Shown piece by piece: positions 1 through 9,122 of a DNA stretch of 27,663 bases. A model generated the notes under the pieces. The model saw only the letters and a list, made by a program, of their open reading frames with translations. It made no database searches and was not told the DNA's origin. Origin of the DNA: an uncultured archaeon (GTDB lineage Archaea; Asgardarchaeota; Hermodarchaeia; Hermodarchaeales; Hermodarchaeaceae); the NCBI GenBank assembly GCA_964347045.1, contig CAYFXC010000026.1, positions 1-27,663 on the forward strand, given 5' to 3'. The position numbers and the translations under genes are program-made. Positions within the stretch are counted from its first letter, which is position 1; every line of letters starts with the position of its first letter.

Positions 1-61
1 TGCATCTCGCCATCTTCTGAATCAATAACAGGTTAATCACACTAGTTTTCACACTAGATCA

Positions 62-355
62 TTAGGGGAGTTTCTCAACGATTTTTGTCAGTTCTTCTAA
101 AGTGAAAGCCTTCATCGTCGTCGTCCGAACATTTCCACCGGCACCTAAAGTTAAGAGAAACTGCATAGCTACCTCGTCACTTGGTCCTGCGGCAATCGCC
201 ACATAGTCATATTCGCCCATCGTCGCATAAAATGCAATGATTTTCGCACCGAGTTGCTTCAGGTACTCCGTTGAGGCTTCAAACCGTTTGGGGAAGTTTT
301 TCATGTCTTTAATGCCTTGCTCCGTTAATTTCATCAAAGATATATAGAGTGGCAA
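62..355 (-). CDS. GYD domain-containing protein
   Basis: 97-aa ORF with the typical pattern YISLMKLTEQG...YATMGEYDYVAI...GNVRTTTMKAF. TTG start preceded by GGAGG. Confidence 0.85.
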   Translation of the reverse strand: MPLYISLMKLTEQGIKDMKNFPKRFEASTEYLKQLGAKIIAFYATMGEYDYVAIAAGPSDEVAMQFLLTLGAGGNVRTTTMKAFTLEELTKIVEKLP

Positions 356-452
356 TGGGCTCCCTCCAACATAAACTAAGGTATCGTGCTACTTAACTCC
401 TATCGGTTATCTCCCACGTACAATGCCGCCTGAAACTGCAAATTCATGTTAA

Positions 453-1898
453 TTAGGGTTTGAGCATTAAGAATAACTCTTTGAGGGCTTGAACGACACC
501 GCGTCGCATCATGTAGCGATAACAGGTGCGTTTGACTTTATTTGTTGAGAAGAGTCCGGAGATTCGGCGGCTCCAGGAGCCAAAGAAGTTCTGATAACAC
601 CGATAGAGTTCCCGTTGGACTTCATGACGGGAAAGGTGTTCCGTGGGCATAATGGCATGGATCATATCATAATGGGCCCAGTTTTCATCTTCGATCCAAC
701 CGTTTCGTTTGGCTTGGGTGTATATTTCAGTGCCCGGGTAGGGTGTTAAAATCATAAAGATGGCAATATCAGGGTCGACTTCGTCAATCCATTGGCGAAA
801 GGCTTCAATCGATTCATGGGAGTCACTGCGTTCCCCAATGATCGCTGTGACTTGAGCCATGATACCGTTCGCTTTCAGCAATTCCATTGCCTGTTTGGCC
901 ATAGATGGTTCGAGACCTTTTCGGTATTTTTCAAGGGTGACCGGGTTATAGGTTTCCACACCAGCCATTGCCCAGTGCAAACCCGTTTGTCGCATTTTTG
1001 GCAGAAGGTGTTGGTCCTTGATGATATCATCGGCTCGAACTTGCATAAACCATAGCAGATCATCCTGTATATTCCGTTGCATCAGTTCATCACAGAACTG
1101 GTCCATCCATTTACCGAGGGTGAGATTATCATCGGTAAGCCACAAGAACCGACTACCAAATTCTTGATACACGTATTCGAACTCGTCTGCAACCCGTTTG
1201 GGAGATTTACGTCGACACCGTCCCCAATATCGCCATTGGGTGCAGAAGGTGCATTTATGGTCACACCCTCGGGATGCCTCGATTAATGCATACGGGTTCT
1301 TTTTGCCTGCCATCATGAGAAAATGGTATTGCTTCATATGGTCTCGGACAAAATGATAGCCCGGATACGGAAGGGTATCTAAATCCGTGATGGGTGCGCG
1401 ATCCGGAGTGTGCACGATTTTCCCCTCATACCGGTAGGTCAACCCATGTACCTGCGCGAGCGTGTGTTTTCCCTCTAAAGCCTGAACTAACTCCAACAGC
1501 GTTTGTTCTCCTTCACCCCGCACTACAAAATCAATCTCAGGATACGTAGCAAGCGTCTCGTCTGATAGTGTGGAAAAATGGATGCCTCCTACCACCGTTA
1601 TGATTTCCGGATTAACTTTCTTGGCTAACTGGGTCGTTCGAGCGACACGATAGGTGTTAGCCGTTGTAAGCGCACCAGGACACACCATCTCGGGTTTATA
1701 CTCTGTGATTCGGTTTTCTAAGCCATCCCATTGCAACTTTTCAGCTTGACAGTCTATGACACTAATTTCTACGTTGTCGAGATGCGCTTCTAGGTATGCC
1801 GCCAAGCATAGTAGTCCCAACGGTGGGGGACGGTATTCGCCCATAATGAACCAGAAGTCCTTTGGGGGCTCCACAAAGAGAATGCGCATCTCTTTCAC
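453..1898 (-). CDS. Cobalamin-binding radical SAM protein (BchE/class B-like)
   Basis: N-terminal B12-binding region (PPLGLLCLAAYL, VVGGIH, VVRGEGE), radical SAM motif CDHKCTFC, and LTPYPGT. Confidence 0.92.
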   Translation of the reverse strand: MKEMRILFVEPPKDFWFIMGEYRPPPLGLLCLAAYLEAHLDNVEISVIDCQAEKLQWDGLENRITEYKPEMVCPGALTTANTYRVARTTQLAKKVNPEIITVVGGIHFSTLSDETLATYPEIDFVVRGEGEQTLLELVQALEGKHTLAQVHGLTYRYEGKIVHTPDRAPITDLDTLPYPGYHFVRDHMKQYHFLMMAGKKNPYALIEASRGCDHKCTFCTQWRYWGRCRRKSPKRVADEFEYVYQEFGSRFLWLTDDNLTLGKWMDQFCDELMQRNIQDDLLWFMQVRADDIIKDQHLLPKMRQTGLHWAMAGVETYNPVTLEKYRKGLEPSMAKQAMELLKANGIMAQVTAIIGERSDSHESIEAFRQWIDEVDPDIAIFMILTPYPGTEIYTQAKRNGWIEDENWAHYDMIHAIMPTEHLSRHEVQRELYRCYQNFFGSWSRRISGLFSTNKVKRTCYRYMMRRGVVQALKELFLMLKP

Positions 1899-2025
1899 AA
1901 GTCCAACAAGTTTTGATTTTTGCTCAAAGCGCCTAGCATAGATACGTTCACTGTTTTCCCTTAAATGTCATGGATTATCGGTCTTGGATACAACAACGTA
2001 ACCTACCGCCGTCATTAGGTATTAT

Positions 2026-2847
2026 TTGGTGGGAAGATTAGGGCGTTATGAGAATTGGAGGCGGCTCTTCTTGAGGAAGCGAATTCAAGATTTAATTTTA
2101 TACATTGTAATTATTGTATGTGCATTTCTTCCAGTTATCACTACTATTCCTTCTTTGCCATGGGAACGTCCATTAGTGGTACTTGAAGTGATCCTGTCCT
2201 CAGCGGCGCTCTACACAATAGAGTAGCGTATTTTGCTCCATGTTGTGACCTTACTTCTCATGGTTTTGTTGATCCGTTACGGTCAACAAGTTGGTCGGGT
2301 TGTGGCTACTTTTTTTGGTATTCTTTTTCTCTTTCATGCATTCACCCAAAACATCGCTATCACCCCAACGTTTGGTCTTTCCATCCTCACTGGGAATCTA
2401 GTCATTATTGCAATCGCTGGCATATTTTGGCTCTGGGAAGCCTACAATCCACAAAACAATTACACCTTTCGACGACTTTCTCTTTGGCGATACTGGGTCA
2501 TTCCCTTTGTCATTCTCGCATACTGGTTTCCAGTCGGTCCGGGTCTAATGCCCTACTTCCATCCGATTCTCCTCTTAACCTCTGATTTTGGTGTTATGTT
2601 TTGTCCAACGGCACCATTGGTGATAGCGATTCTCACGCTCTTCTATCCCCGCGTCAATCTCCGCCTATTACGGGTGACTAGCCTCGTTGGATTACTCATT
2701 GGAAGCTTTAATATTCTCGCCGCCTTCGTCATGCCTGGTTATACACTTTGGATGCTGTTTCTCCACACACCGCTAATTTTCATCTCCCTTTACGGGCTCA
2801 TTCTTCCGCTTATCGTCAAAGATTCGACGCCGCCAACTGAATCCTAA
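2026..2847 (+). pseudogene. Multi-pass membrane protein interrupted by one in-frame TAG (2224-2226)
   Basis: ORFs 2026..2226 and 2233..2847 are in the same frame (GAG TAG CGT ATT TTG) and both are hydrophobic. The start position is uncertain. Confidence 0.6.
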
Positions 2848-2971
2848 ACGCCTTGAGTTGCCGCACCAAGTTCCTTTTGGCATATAGTAAATCCGGAAAT
2901 TACAAAACCAATTACTGGTCTTAACACTGTAAAGTATTGGCTTTCTTTTATCAAGCAAGGAGAACCCTTCA

Positions 2972-3829
2972 ATGACCGAATATCGTAAAATCAAACAATT
3001 CTGGAATAGTCGGCCAACCCTAGAAGGTGCAGGGGTCAGGCTGAAACGGGCTTTCGGTGGGCAAGAAGTGCCACGTCTTGATCCGTTCTTACTTTTAGAT
3101 GATTTTCATTCTAATGATCCTCAAGATTATCTTGCCGGGTTCCCCCGGCATCCCCACCGCGGAATCGAAACAATCACCTACATTCTCCATGGCGCCGTCG
3201 AACACGGAGATAGCCTCGGCAACGGGGGTGTCATCGAATCCGGAGATGTCCAATGGATGACTGCAGGTAGCGGAATCATTCACCAAGAAATGCCCAAACA
3301 AACCAACAGTTTGCTGCAAGGCTTTCAATTGTGGGCGAACCTTCCCGCAGCTCAAAAAATGATGGATCCACGGTACCGAAACATTACCCGAGACCAAATT
3401 CCCACCGTCTCCTTGGAAAATAATGTGGAGGTCAAAATCATCAGTGGAGAAATCAAAGATACCCAAGGACCTGTGCAAGATATCATCACCGAACCCGAAT
3501 ACTTTGATGTAACTGTGCCAAAAGGTGCTGAATTCCAACACCTCGTTCCATCGGATCACAACATATTTGCCTATGTCATCGAAGGAAAAGGACGCTTCTC
3601 ACCCAAGCACACTCACCTTTTGGGTCCTGAACACCTGATCCATTATGGTGCTGGTGACGGAGTGGCAATTAAGGCGGAAAAACAATCGGTTCGATTTCTC
3701 CTCATTTCGGGAAAACCTATCGGAGAACCAATTGCCTGGTATGGACCAATTGTGATGAACACTGATGAGGAACTTCGAATCGCCTTCGAAGAATATCGGA
3801 ACGGCACCTTCATCAAATACAAACCTTAA
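2972..3829 (+). CDS. Pirin family protein
   Basis: DPFLLLDDF, GFPRHPHRGIETITY, VQWMTAGSGIIHQE, GPIVMNT. Confidence 0.95.
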   Translation: MTEYRKIKQFWNSRPTLEGAGVRLKRAFGGQEVPRLDPFLLLDDFHSNDPQDYLAGFPRHPHRGIETITYILHGAVEHGDSLGNGGVIESGDVQWMTAGSGIIHQEMPKQTNSLLQGFQLWANLPAAQKMMDPRYRNITRDQIPTVSLENNVEVKIISGEIKDTQGPVQDIITEPEYFDVTVPKGAEFQHLVPSDHNIFAYVIEGKGRFSPKHTHLLGPEHLIHYGAGDGVAIKAEKQSVRFLLISGKPIGEPIAWYGPIVMNTDEELRIAFEEYRNGTFIKYKP

Positions 3830-3846
3830 GCCAACTATGCTGTACT

Positions 3847-5016
3847 TCACGAATGGGTTTTGAAGACTACTTTGACATCCTTGCCGATCATCATTTGACC
3901 CATCGAATGTGCCTTATCTAGGAGCGCATTTTTCGTGCTACGACCTACTCGCTGGAAGAGATTCACCGTAATCGTATCCGTTGGCTCTTCAAAGACTTGG
4001 TTCCAGGTTCCTACAATTTTTCCCTTGATTAGTACGGTGGGATTTGCCGCTCCTCCCGCATAAACGTGCTTCTCAAATTCTGGTTGTACAAGTCGACGTC
4101 GGAGCAGGTAGCCTTTCGTATACGGATCTTCATATGGAAGCATCAGAACAGGAAGCGTACGAGGTGCTTTGAATTTCTTCATGAGAACGTAATCGGATTC
4201 CAGCATGATGTACTCTTCAGAGAACTTCTTAATCTTGATGGGTAGTAGCTCGGATTCGAGTGCACCAAGAGCTGTTTGAATTTTTCCTTTCCCTAATCCG
4301 GTCCACCAAACCACATCCTGTTCTGTAACAGGCCCAAAGGTGCCAATATACCGTTTCACCAGCTGCACCTGCGCCTCATCGGGCGTTAGGGTTTCAAGGT
4401 TGAGTTGTGGATACACCATACGTATCAGCGCATAGCGATTAGCATGACGAGTCAAAATGGGATCCGCAAATTTTTCACTGAATACTTTTCCTTGACGCAT
4501 CAGAACGGTTAACACGATATTGACATTAGTCATTCGAGCAACATTCCCACCGATTTGACGCTCAAGAGTACGCACCAGTCCTGGAGACATGGCCTGCTTT
4601 ATCAGATGAAGCGGTTGCCCGCCATCCTTGATTACCGCAAAGATCGTTTCTGCAATTTTCTGATATTCCGAGTGGGGGATACCCCACGTTTGCAGAATTT
4701 GCATTATCCGGCTTTCAGGCATACGGGTTGCCTGAAACAAGATTGGGGCGAGATTTGTAGAGGTAATGAACAGGGTCCCACGCAGCGTTTCCAGCCGGAT
4801 GAGGGTTCGGTTGGCATATAATTCTCGGTCTAATTGGCTTCGCTGGAACTGTTTCATACGCGCAAACAAGGAGAGATACGGGGTGGAGGCACGCGTGGCA
4901 TGCAAGGCAATGATATCGTTGACGACCTTAAGCACAGTGTTGGTCTGTGAAATCTCGAGCAGGTGCTGTTTATGGAGTAAATACTTTGTTAGCTCTGCCT
5001 CTTTCACTTTCTTCAT
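3847..5016 (-). CDS. AlkZ/YcaQ-like (HTH_42, winged-helix) DNA glycosylase family protein
   Basis: PYLSLFAR, TLRGTLF, RYIGTFGPVTEQDVVWWTGL, MLPYEDPY, VLIKGKIVGTW. Confidence 0.8.
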   Translation of the reverse strand: MKKVKEAELTKYLLHKQHLLEISQTNTVLKVVNDIIALHATRASTPYLSLFARMKQFQRSQLDRELYANRTLIRLETLRGTLFITSTNLAPILFQATRMPESRIMQILQTWGIPHSEYQKIAETIFAVIKDGGQPLHLIKQAMSPGLVRTLERQIGGNVARMTNVNIVLTVLMRQGKVFSEKFADPILTRHANRYALIRMVYPQLNLETLTPDEAQVQLVKRYIGTFGPVTEQDVVWWTGLGKGKIQTALGALESELLPIKIKKFSEEYIMLESDYVLMKKFKAPRTLPVLMLPYEDPYTKGYLLRRRLVQPEFEKHVYAGGAANPTVLIKGKIVGTWNQVFEEPTDTITVNLFQRVGRSTKNALLDKAHSMGQMMIGKDVKVVFKTHS

Positions 5017-5111
5017 GATTAACCCAAACGCGACTCAGTAAATCACTTATCTTTTATGTTCCTTAAAATATAAATTCGGACGAACAACTCGTTATTACCA
5101 AGGTGTCAATC

Positions 5112-5288
5112 ATGAGTGAAGACGAAACCATTTTACAAGCCATGAAAAAGGCGGGGAAACCGCTCCGTCCTGGCGAAATCGCCGACCTCACGGGACTCGA
5201 CAAAGATGTTGTTTCCAAGGCGATGAAATCATTGAAAAAAGAGGGGAAAGTGGACTCTCCAAAACGCTGTTACTATGCCCCAACCTAG
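5112..5288 (+). CDS. Small winged-helix (MarR-like) DNA-binding protein
   Basis: 58 aa from ATG 5112 with AGGTG upstream. Contains LRPGEIADLTGLDKDVVSKAMKSLKKEGKV..PKRCYY. Confidence 0.8.
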   Translation: MSEDETILQAMKKAGKPLRPGEIADLTGLDKDVVSKAMKSLKKEGKVDSPKRCYYAPT

Positions 5289-5305
5289 CCTGTAGCTAAG
5301 TCCTG

Positions 5306-5704
5306 GTGGAAACTTTCACGTCGAACAAAAATCAACCAACTGCTACATTAGACACCCTTATCATTTCCACACCTCGGATGCAGGAATTAGCCCAATTTTA
5401 TCAAGACGGCCTGCAACTGGATCCACCCCATGCCCATAGTGAGAACCATCTCGGGTTCCCCCTCAAAGATGCCTATCTTAGCTTTGATTTAGTGGAAGAT
5501 ATCTCATTCGAATATCCGGGGGCTATTTCACTGTGGTTTCGCGTCGATGATCTTGAAGCCACCTTCAACCGATTCAAACAACTGGGCGCAAAGGTCAGGT
5601 ATCCTCCTACGACAAACCCCTTTGGTGATGTCCTAGCCGCGATCTTTGACCTCGATGGTAACATGTTTGGATTAGCCCAACGCAAACTCGAAGAAACCGT
5701 TTGA
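5306..5704 (+). CDS. VOC / glyoxalase-bleomycin resistance family protein
   Basis: AQFYQDGL, LWFRVDDLEATF..LGAKV..PP, FDLDGNMFGL. Confidence 0.85.
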   Translation: METFTSNKNQPTATLDTLIISTPRMQELAQFYQDGLQLDPPHAHSENHLGFPLKDAYLSFDLVEDISFEYPGAISLWFRVDDLEATFNRFKQLGAKVRYPPTTNPFGDVLAAIFDLDGNMFGLAQRKLEETV

Positions 5705-5806
5705 TAGCAAACCACGATTTTACGCTAGCCTGACCCCCTCTTTGGATTCGCCACAACGAATCGAAAAATCAAATCAATAAAAAGGACCTCTTGCCTAATA
5801 CACGGT

Positions 5807-6844
5807 ATGCGTAAGCGTGGTTTAATCATCATTCTTGGATTCCTCATTGTGTTTTCACTCATACAAACGACCGCCGCCCACGTTCCACTTTTCATGGAAG
5901 GGGGGCATTCGATTGATGAAGCCGTACCAATTGAAAATCCAACCAAATCCTGGGTTATCTACTCACTCATTCATGAGGCCGCCGAACCACATTATTTTGC
6001 CTTTGATTTACCGGCGGGAGCACACATCCGGCTCATGCTTATGGTCCCCGTACTTGAGGCGGCTATCGGCTTTCGTCCCGAACTAGCGCTCATGGGCAAT
6101 GGACTTACAAACCTCAGCACTCCTCCGGGCTATCTGGAGATTCCCAGCGGTGCACAAGTAATGATCCTGGAACCCACTTCCCCCCATCCTGAGTACGAAG
6201 GCTTTACTCCGACCTCCTTTTCTCAGCTCTACGACTTGGATATCGTTGCTCCCACGACAGGGCGCTATTATCTTGCCTACTATGAACCAAACATGGCTGG
6301 TAATTTTGCCATTGCCATTGGGTATGAGGAAAGCTTCAGCTTCGTGGAATGGGTGACTATCCCGTTTTCGGTGCTTGTCACGCATATCTGGAACCATCAG
6401 ACGCCTGCCGGATTAATTGCTCCGGTTCTTATTACGCTCCTACTCGGCTTTCTTCTCATCTTCTGGCGCTTCCCTGCCCTTCGCACAAGAGCTCAGCTAT
6501 CATCATGGCTGGGTATCACCACGGGGCTTCTATTCATCGCCAGCGGCGTCTTCCTCTTTTATCAGATGGGACTAGCTCTTTTGTTAGTCCCATTGAATGC
6601 CCAAGTCGCTATTACTATCATTTTTGCGACGCTGCCCATTGTGTTGGGTGTGTTCACTATCCGTAGTTGTGTGTCCACTGATTGGCCGCACCAGCCTCGG
6701 CAACTCATTATCCTGATCATTCTCAGTTTACTAGCTCTCTTCCTCTGGGCAGGCTGGATAATTGGTCCCGTGCTTCTATTAATTACAGCAACCATTCCGT
6801 CTATTCAACTAATCCTCGCCCGTCGAACAACTGCAGCATCTTAG
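5807..6844 (+). CDS. Membrane protein with signal peptide, extracellular domain and ~4-5 C-terminal TM helices
   Basis: 345-aa ORF with a signal-like N-terminus ending TTAA-HVP, a soluble middle and a hydrophobic C-terminus. Confidence 0.75.
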   Translation: MRKRGLIIILGFLIVFSLIQTTAAHVPLFMEGGHSIDEAVPIENPTKSWVIYSLIHEAAEPHYFAFDLPAGAHIRLMLMVPVLEAAIGFRPELALMGNGLTNLSTPPGYLEIPSGAQVMILEPTSPHPEYEGFTPTSFSQLYDLDIVAPTTGRYYLAYYEPNMAGNFAIAIGYEESFSFVEWVTIPFSVLVTHIWNHQTPAGLIAPVLITLLLGFLLIFWRFPALRTRAQLSSWLGITTGLLFIASGVFLFYQMGLALLLVPLNAQVAITIIFATLPIVLGVFTIRSCVSTDWPHQPRQLIILIILSLLALFLWAGWIIGPVLLLITATIPSIQLILARRTTAAS

Positions 6845-6897
6845 GGTGCTGCATCCCCCTCTATATTCCTGAAAAAGAAACTGGTTTACAGGTTTCG

Positions 6898-7875
6898 TTA
6901 CTTCTGATGTTCCTTTGGAATTTGCACCGCAAACTTACAATGCAACGCCCCTGTCAGTGCGGTTTCAATGGGCTGCACGGCCACAGGTTGATTGAAGACG
7001 AAATCCCAGTATTTCTTGGTAAACCCCGCACTACAATGACAGAAATTAGCGGAAATCTCGTCGTCCGTTCCATCTTTAATCGCACCTCGCACCCACGGAC
7101 AATAACAAACATAATACCGTTTCATCCGAGGATCTTCGGCTTCTAGCATCGCTTTGATTTGGAAGGGTATCTTCGTTTGAATGATTTTATCTCCTTCACG
7201 AATGCCTGGTGAAATAGTCGGGGTATTCTCTACATAGGCAACCACATCATCATCGACATACTGGGCCCATTCTATGGTCCCCTCTTTCTTGTGCTTCCGA
7301 AAGCGGTCAACGACTTCCTGATGCTTCAACGCTAAGAATTCATCAATATCATTTAGCTGGAGAAAATCCTGGCGGGCTTTCGGTTCATCAGGGCGTCCAT
7401 GCAAGCAGGGAGCTAGTAACTCAACGGTTTTCGCTTCTCCAACCTGTGCTTCCAAGCGTTTCATCACAACTTTAGTGACGTCACTTTTCGTGTCAGGATC
7501 GACTCCTAAAGGTGGTATGTCAATATCAGCAAACACCGCATTGCGAACCTCTTCTCCACATTCTTTTCCGATTCGGTCATACAACGTATCCATCGCATTA
7601 AACGCTTCAGCGATTTCAAGCACCTCTGCCACATAATCGTAGTTCTCAATAAAATTACCATAATGGATGAAGGCACGTAGGGTATCCAAAACTGCGTCTG
7701 TGTTGGTTTTGACAAGATGTTCTGTATACCGTAGAAGTGCGCCCTTGGGGAGATATTCAACATTTTTAGTTTTTAGAAACGCGCGCATTGCTTCCAAGTG
7801 GTTTACGAGTAGAGTGGATTGTTCTAGATCCACCTTCTGTTCGAACAAGTATGTGCGAAATGCCAGTTCATTCAA
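6898..7875 (-). CDS. DUF6144-like Cys-rich protein
   Basis: 325-aa ORF with the C-terminal Cys pattern YVCYCPWVR...FCHCSAGFTKKYW...HCKFAV. Confidence 0.7.
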   Translation of the reverse strand: MNELAFRTYLFEQKVDLEQSTLLVNHLEAMRAFLKTKNVEYLPKGALLRYTEHLVKTNTDAVLDTLRAFIHYGNFIENYDYVAEVLEIAEAFNAMDTLYDRIGKECGEEVRNAVFADIDIPPLGVDPDTKSDVTKVVMKRLEAQVGEAKTVELLAPCLHGRPDEPKARQDFLQLNDIDEFLALKHQEVVDRFRKHKKEGTIEWAQYVDDDVVAYVENTPTISPGIREGDKIIQTKIPFQIKAMLEAEDPRMKRYYVCYCPWVRGAIKDGTDDEISANFCHCSAGFTKKYWDFVFNQPVAVQPIETALTGALHCKFAVQIPKEHQK

Positions 7876-7917
7876 CTTATGTCACCTGTGTGAGTTTGGG
7901 TTATTTTCTGCATGTTT

Positions 7918-8229
7918 TTATTCATCGAGGCGTTCAAGCTTGAAGCAGACGGGTCGGACACCATCGGAGCAGGCGGTGTACATGATGCCGTCTTCCATCC
8001 AGCCAGTGAAGTTCCCGCCCCAATAGAGAACGGAGAGGTCTTTGTAAAGATCATACCAAGCCCAAGTGCAGAAGCCTTCTGGCATCTGAAGTTTTTCGAG
8101 GAGGAATTCTTCACCGTCCTTGAAGCTTTGGCATTTAGGGGCAGTTTTACCTTTGGGTGTGACGTAGTCTTTACCGAAAACATCTTTGGGATGAAATCGT
8201 TTAGTGACAGTGATTTTCATTTTTACCAT
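7918..8229 (-). CDS. TIGR04076 family protein
   Basis: C..F.DGEEF, PEGFCTWAW, ACSDGVRPVCFKLER. Confidence 0.85.
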   Translation of the reverse strand: MVKMKITVTKRFHPKDVFGKDYVTPKGKTAPKCQSFKDGEEFLLEKLQMPEGFCTWAWYDLYKDLSVLYWGGNFTGWMEDGIMYTACSDGVRPVCFKLERLDE

Positions 8230-8462
8230 TGCTTCTCACCTTTAGCGAGCCCTGTCTCAGTAGCTGAGATATTTAATCATTTGGCTACCGGCTAGTGCGA
8301 TTTTCAGTGAAAGATTGTTTAATGAACATAATCAAGCAACATTCGCAAGTTTCTGCTCTCCCTTTTCCGATCGGCACTAGGTTTCTGGAAAGTTCAAGTA
8401 TTAAAGGGAAAACACGCCGTTAGTTATTCGATATGGTAGTAGCGTCTCAAGGGGGTTAGTCC

Positions 8463-9080
8463 TTGTCTGAAGATCCGGATTGGCTTGAGGAATATTATGA
8501 GCGAATTATCGCTGAAAAAAATAACAATCTATTACGTAAGGATGGCTTCACTAATTGGGCTTTGGTCACCCTTCTTGGCTTTTTCGCAATCTATGGACAG
8601 CTCTTTTTAATTTCCCTTCCTGCTTTCATCAGCTTCGCCGTCTTGGCCATTGCGCTAATTCTTATTTTCCGATTCTATTTGCGTTCTTGCATCAGCTATG
8701 CTGACATTCGTCGACAAAACTACCTTCAGCGATTAATCGAACGGCATTGGATGCATGGTAAGCCCTCAATGAACCGCATTAAAGCGCTCATTAAAATCTT
8801 TGATCATGAATGCTGGGCCGTTGACCCTCTTGGTCGAACCCTACGCAGCCAACTCAAAGCTGGCTTTTTAGTCCTTTTCCTCGCCCCTTTCATCGCACTT
8901 TGTTGGGAAATCATCAACATCCATATCCAATTCTTCTCTTTTCTTCTCCCATTGGAAACGCTGCTTTTCAGCTATGTGGTTCTCGGGTTCCTCATCATCT
9001 ATATTGCTCTTGAGCTCATCAGTGTTAGCCGTCATCAACCTCTTCAACAAAAACCACAAACATCAACAGCTAACAAATAA
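8463..9080 (+). CDS. Hypothetical membrane protein (~4 TM)
   Basis: 205-aa ORF with four hydrophobic segments. TTG start after a G-rich SD-like stretch. Confidence 0.65.
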   Translation: MSEDPDWLEEYYERIIAEKNNNLLRKDGFTNWALVTLLGFFAIYGQLFLISLPAFISFAVLAIALILIFRFYLRSCISYADIRRQNYLQRLIERHWMHGKPSMNRIKALIKIFDHECWAVDPLGRTLRSQLKAGFLVLFLAPFIALCWEIINIHIQFFSFLLPLETLLFSYVVLGFLIIYIALELISVSRHQPLQQKPQTSTANK

Positions 9081-9122
9081 CCCTTTACAAGGGAATATCG
9101 GTGGCAGTTGTTTGCAAGAATA

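Noticed and set aside
38-57. Direct repeat cacactag twice
   Set aside because: An 8-nt duplication with no supporting context.
5112-5288. Z-alpha (Z-DNA binding) domain resemblance
   Set aside because: The winged-helix pattern is similar, but the diagnostic Asn, Tyr and Trp residues are absent (VSKAMKSL; RCYY).
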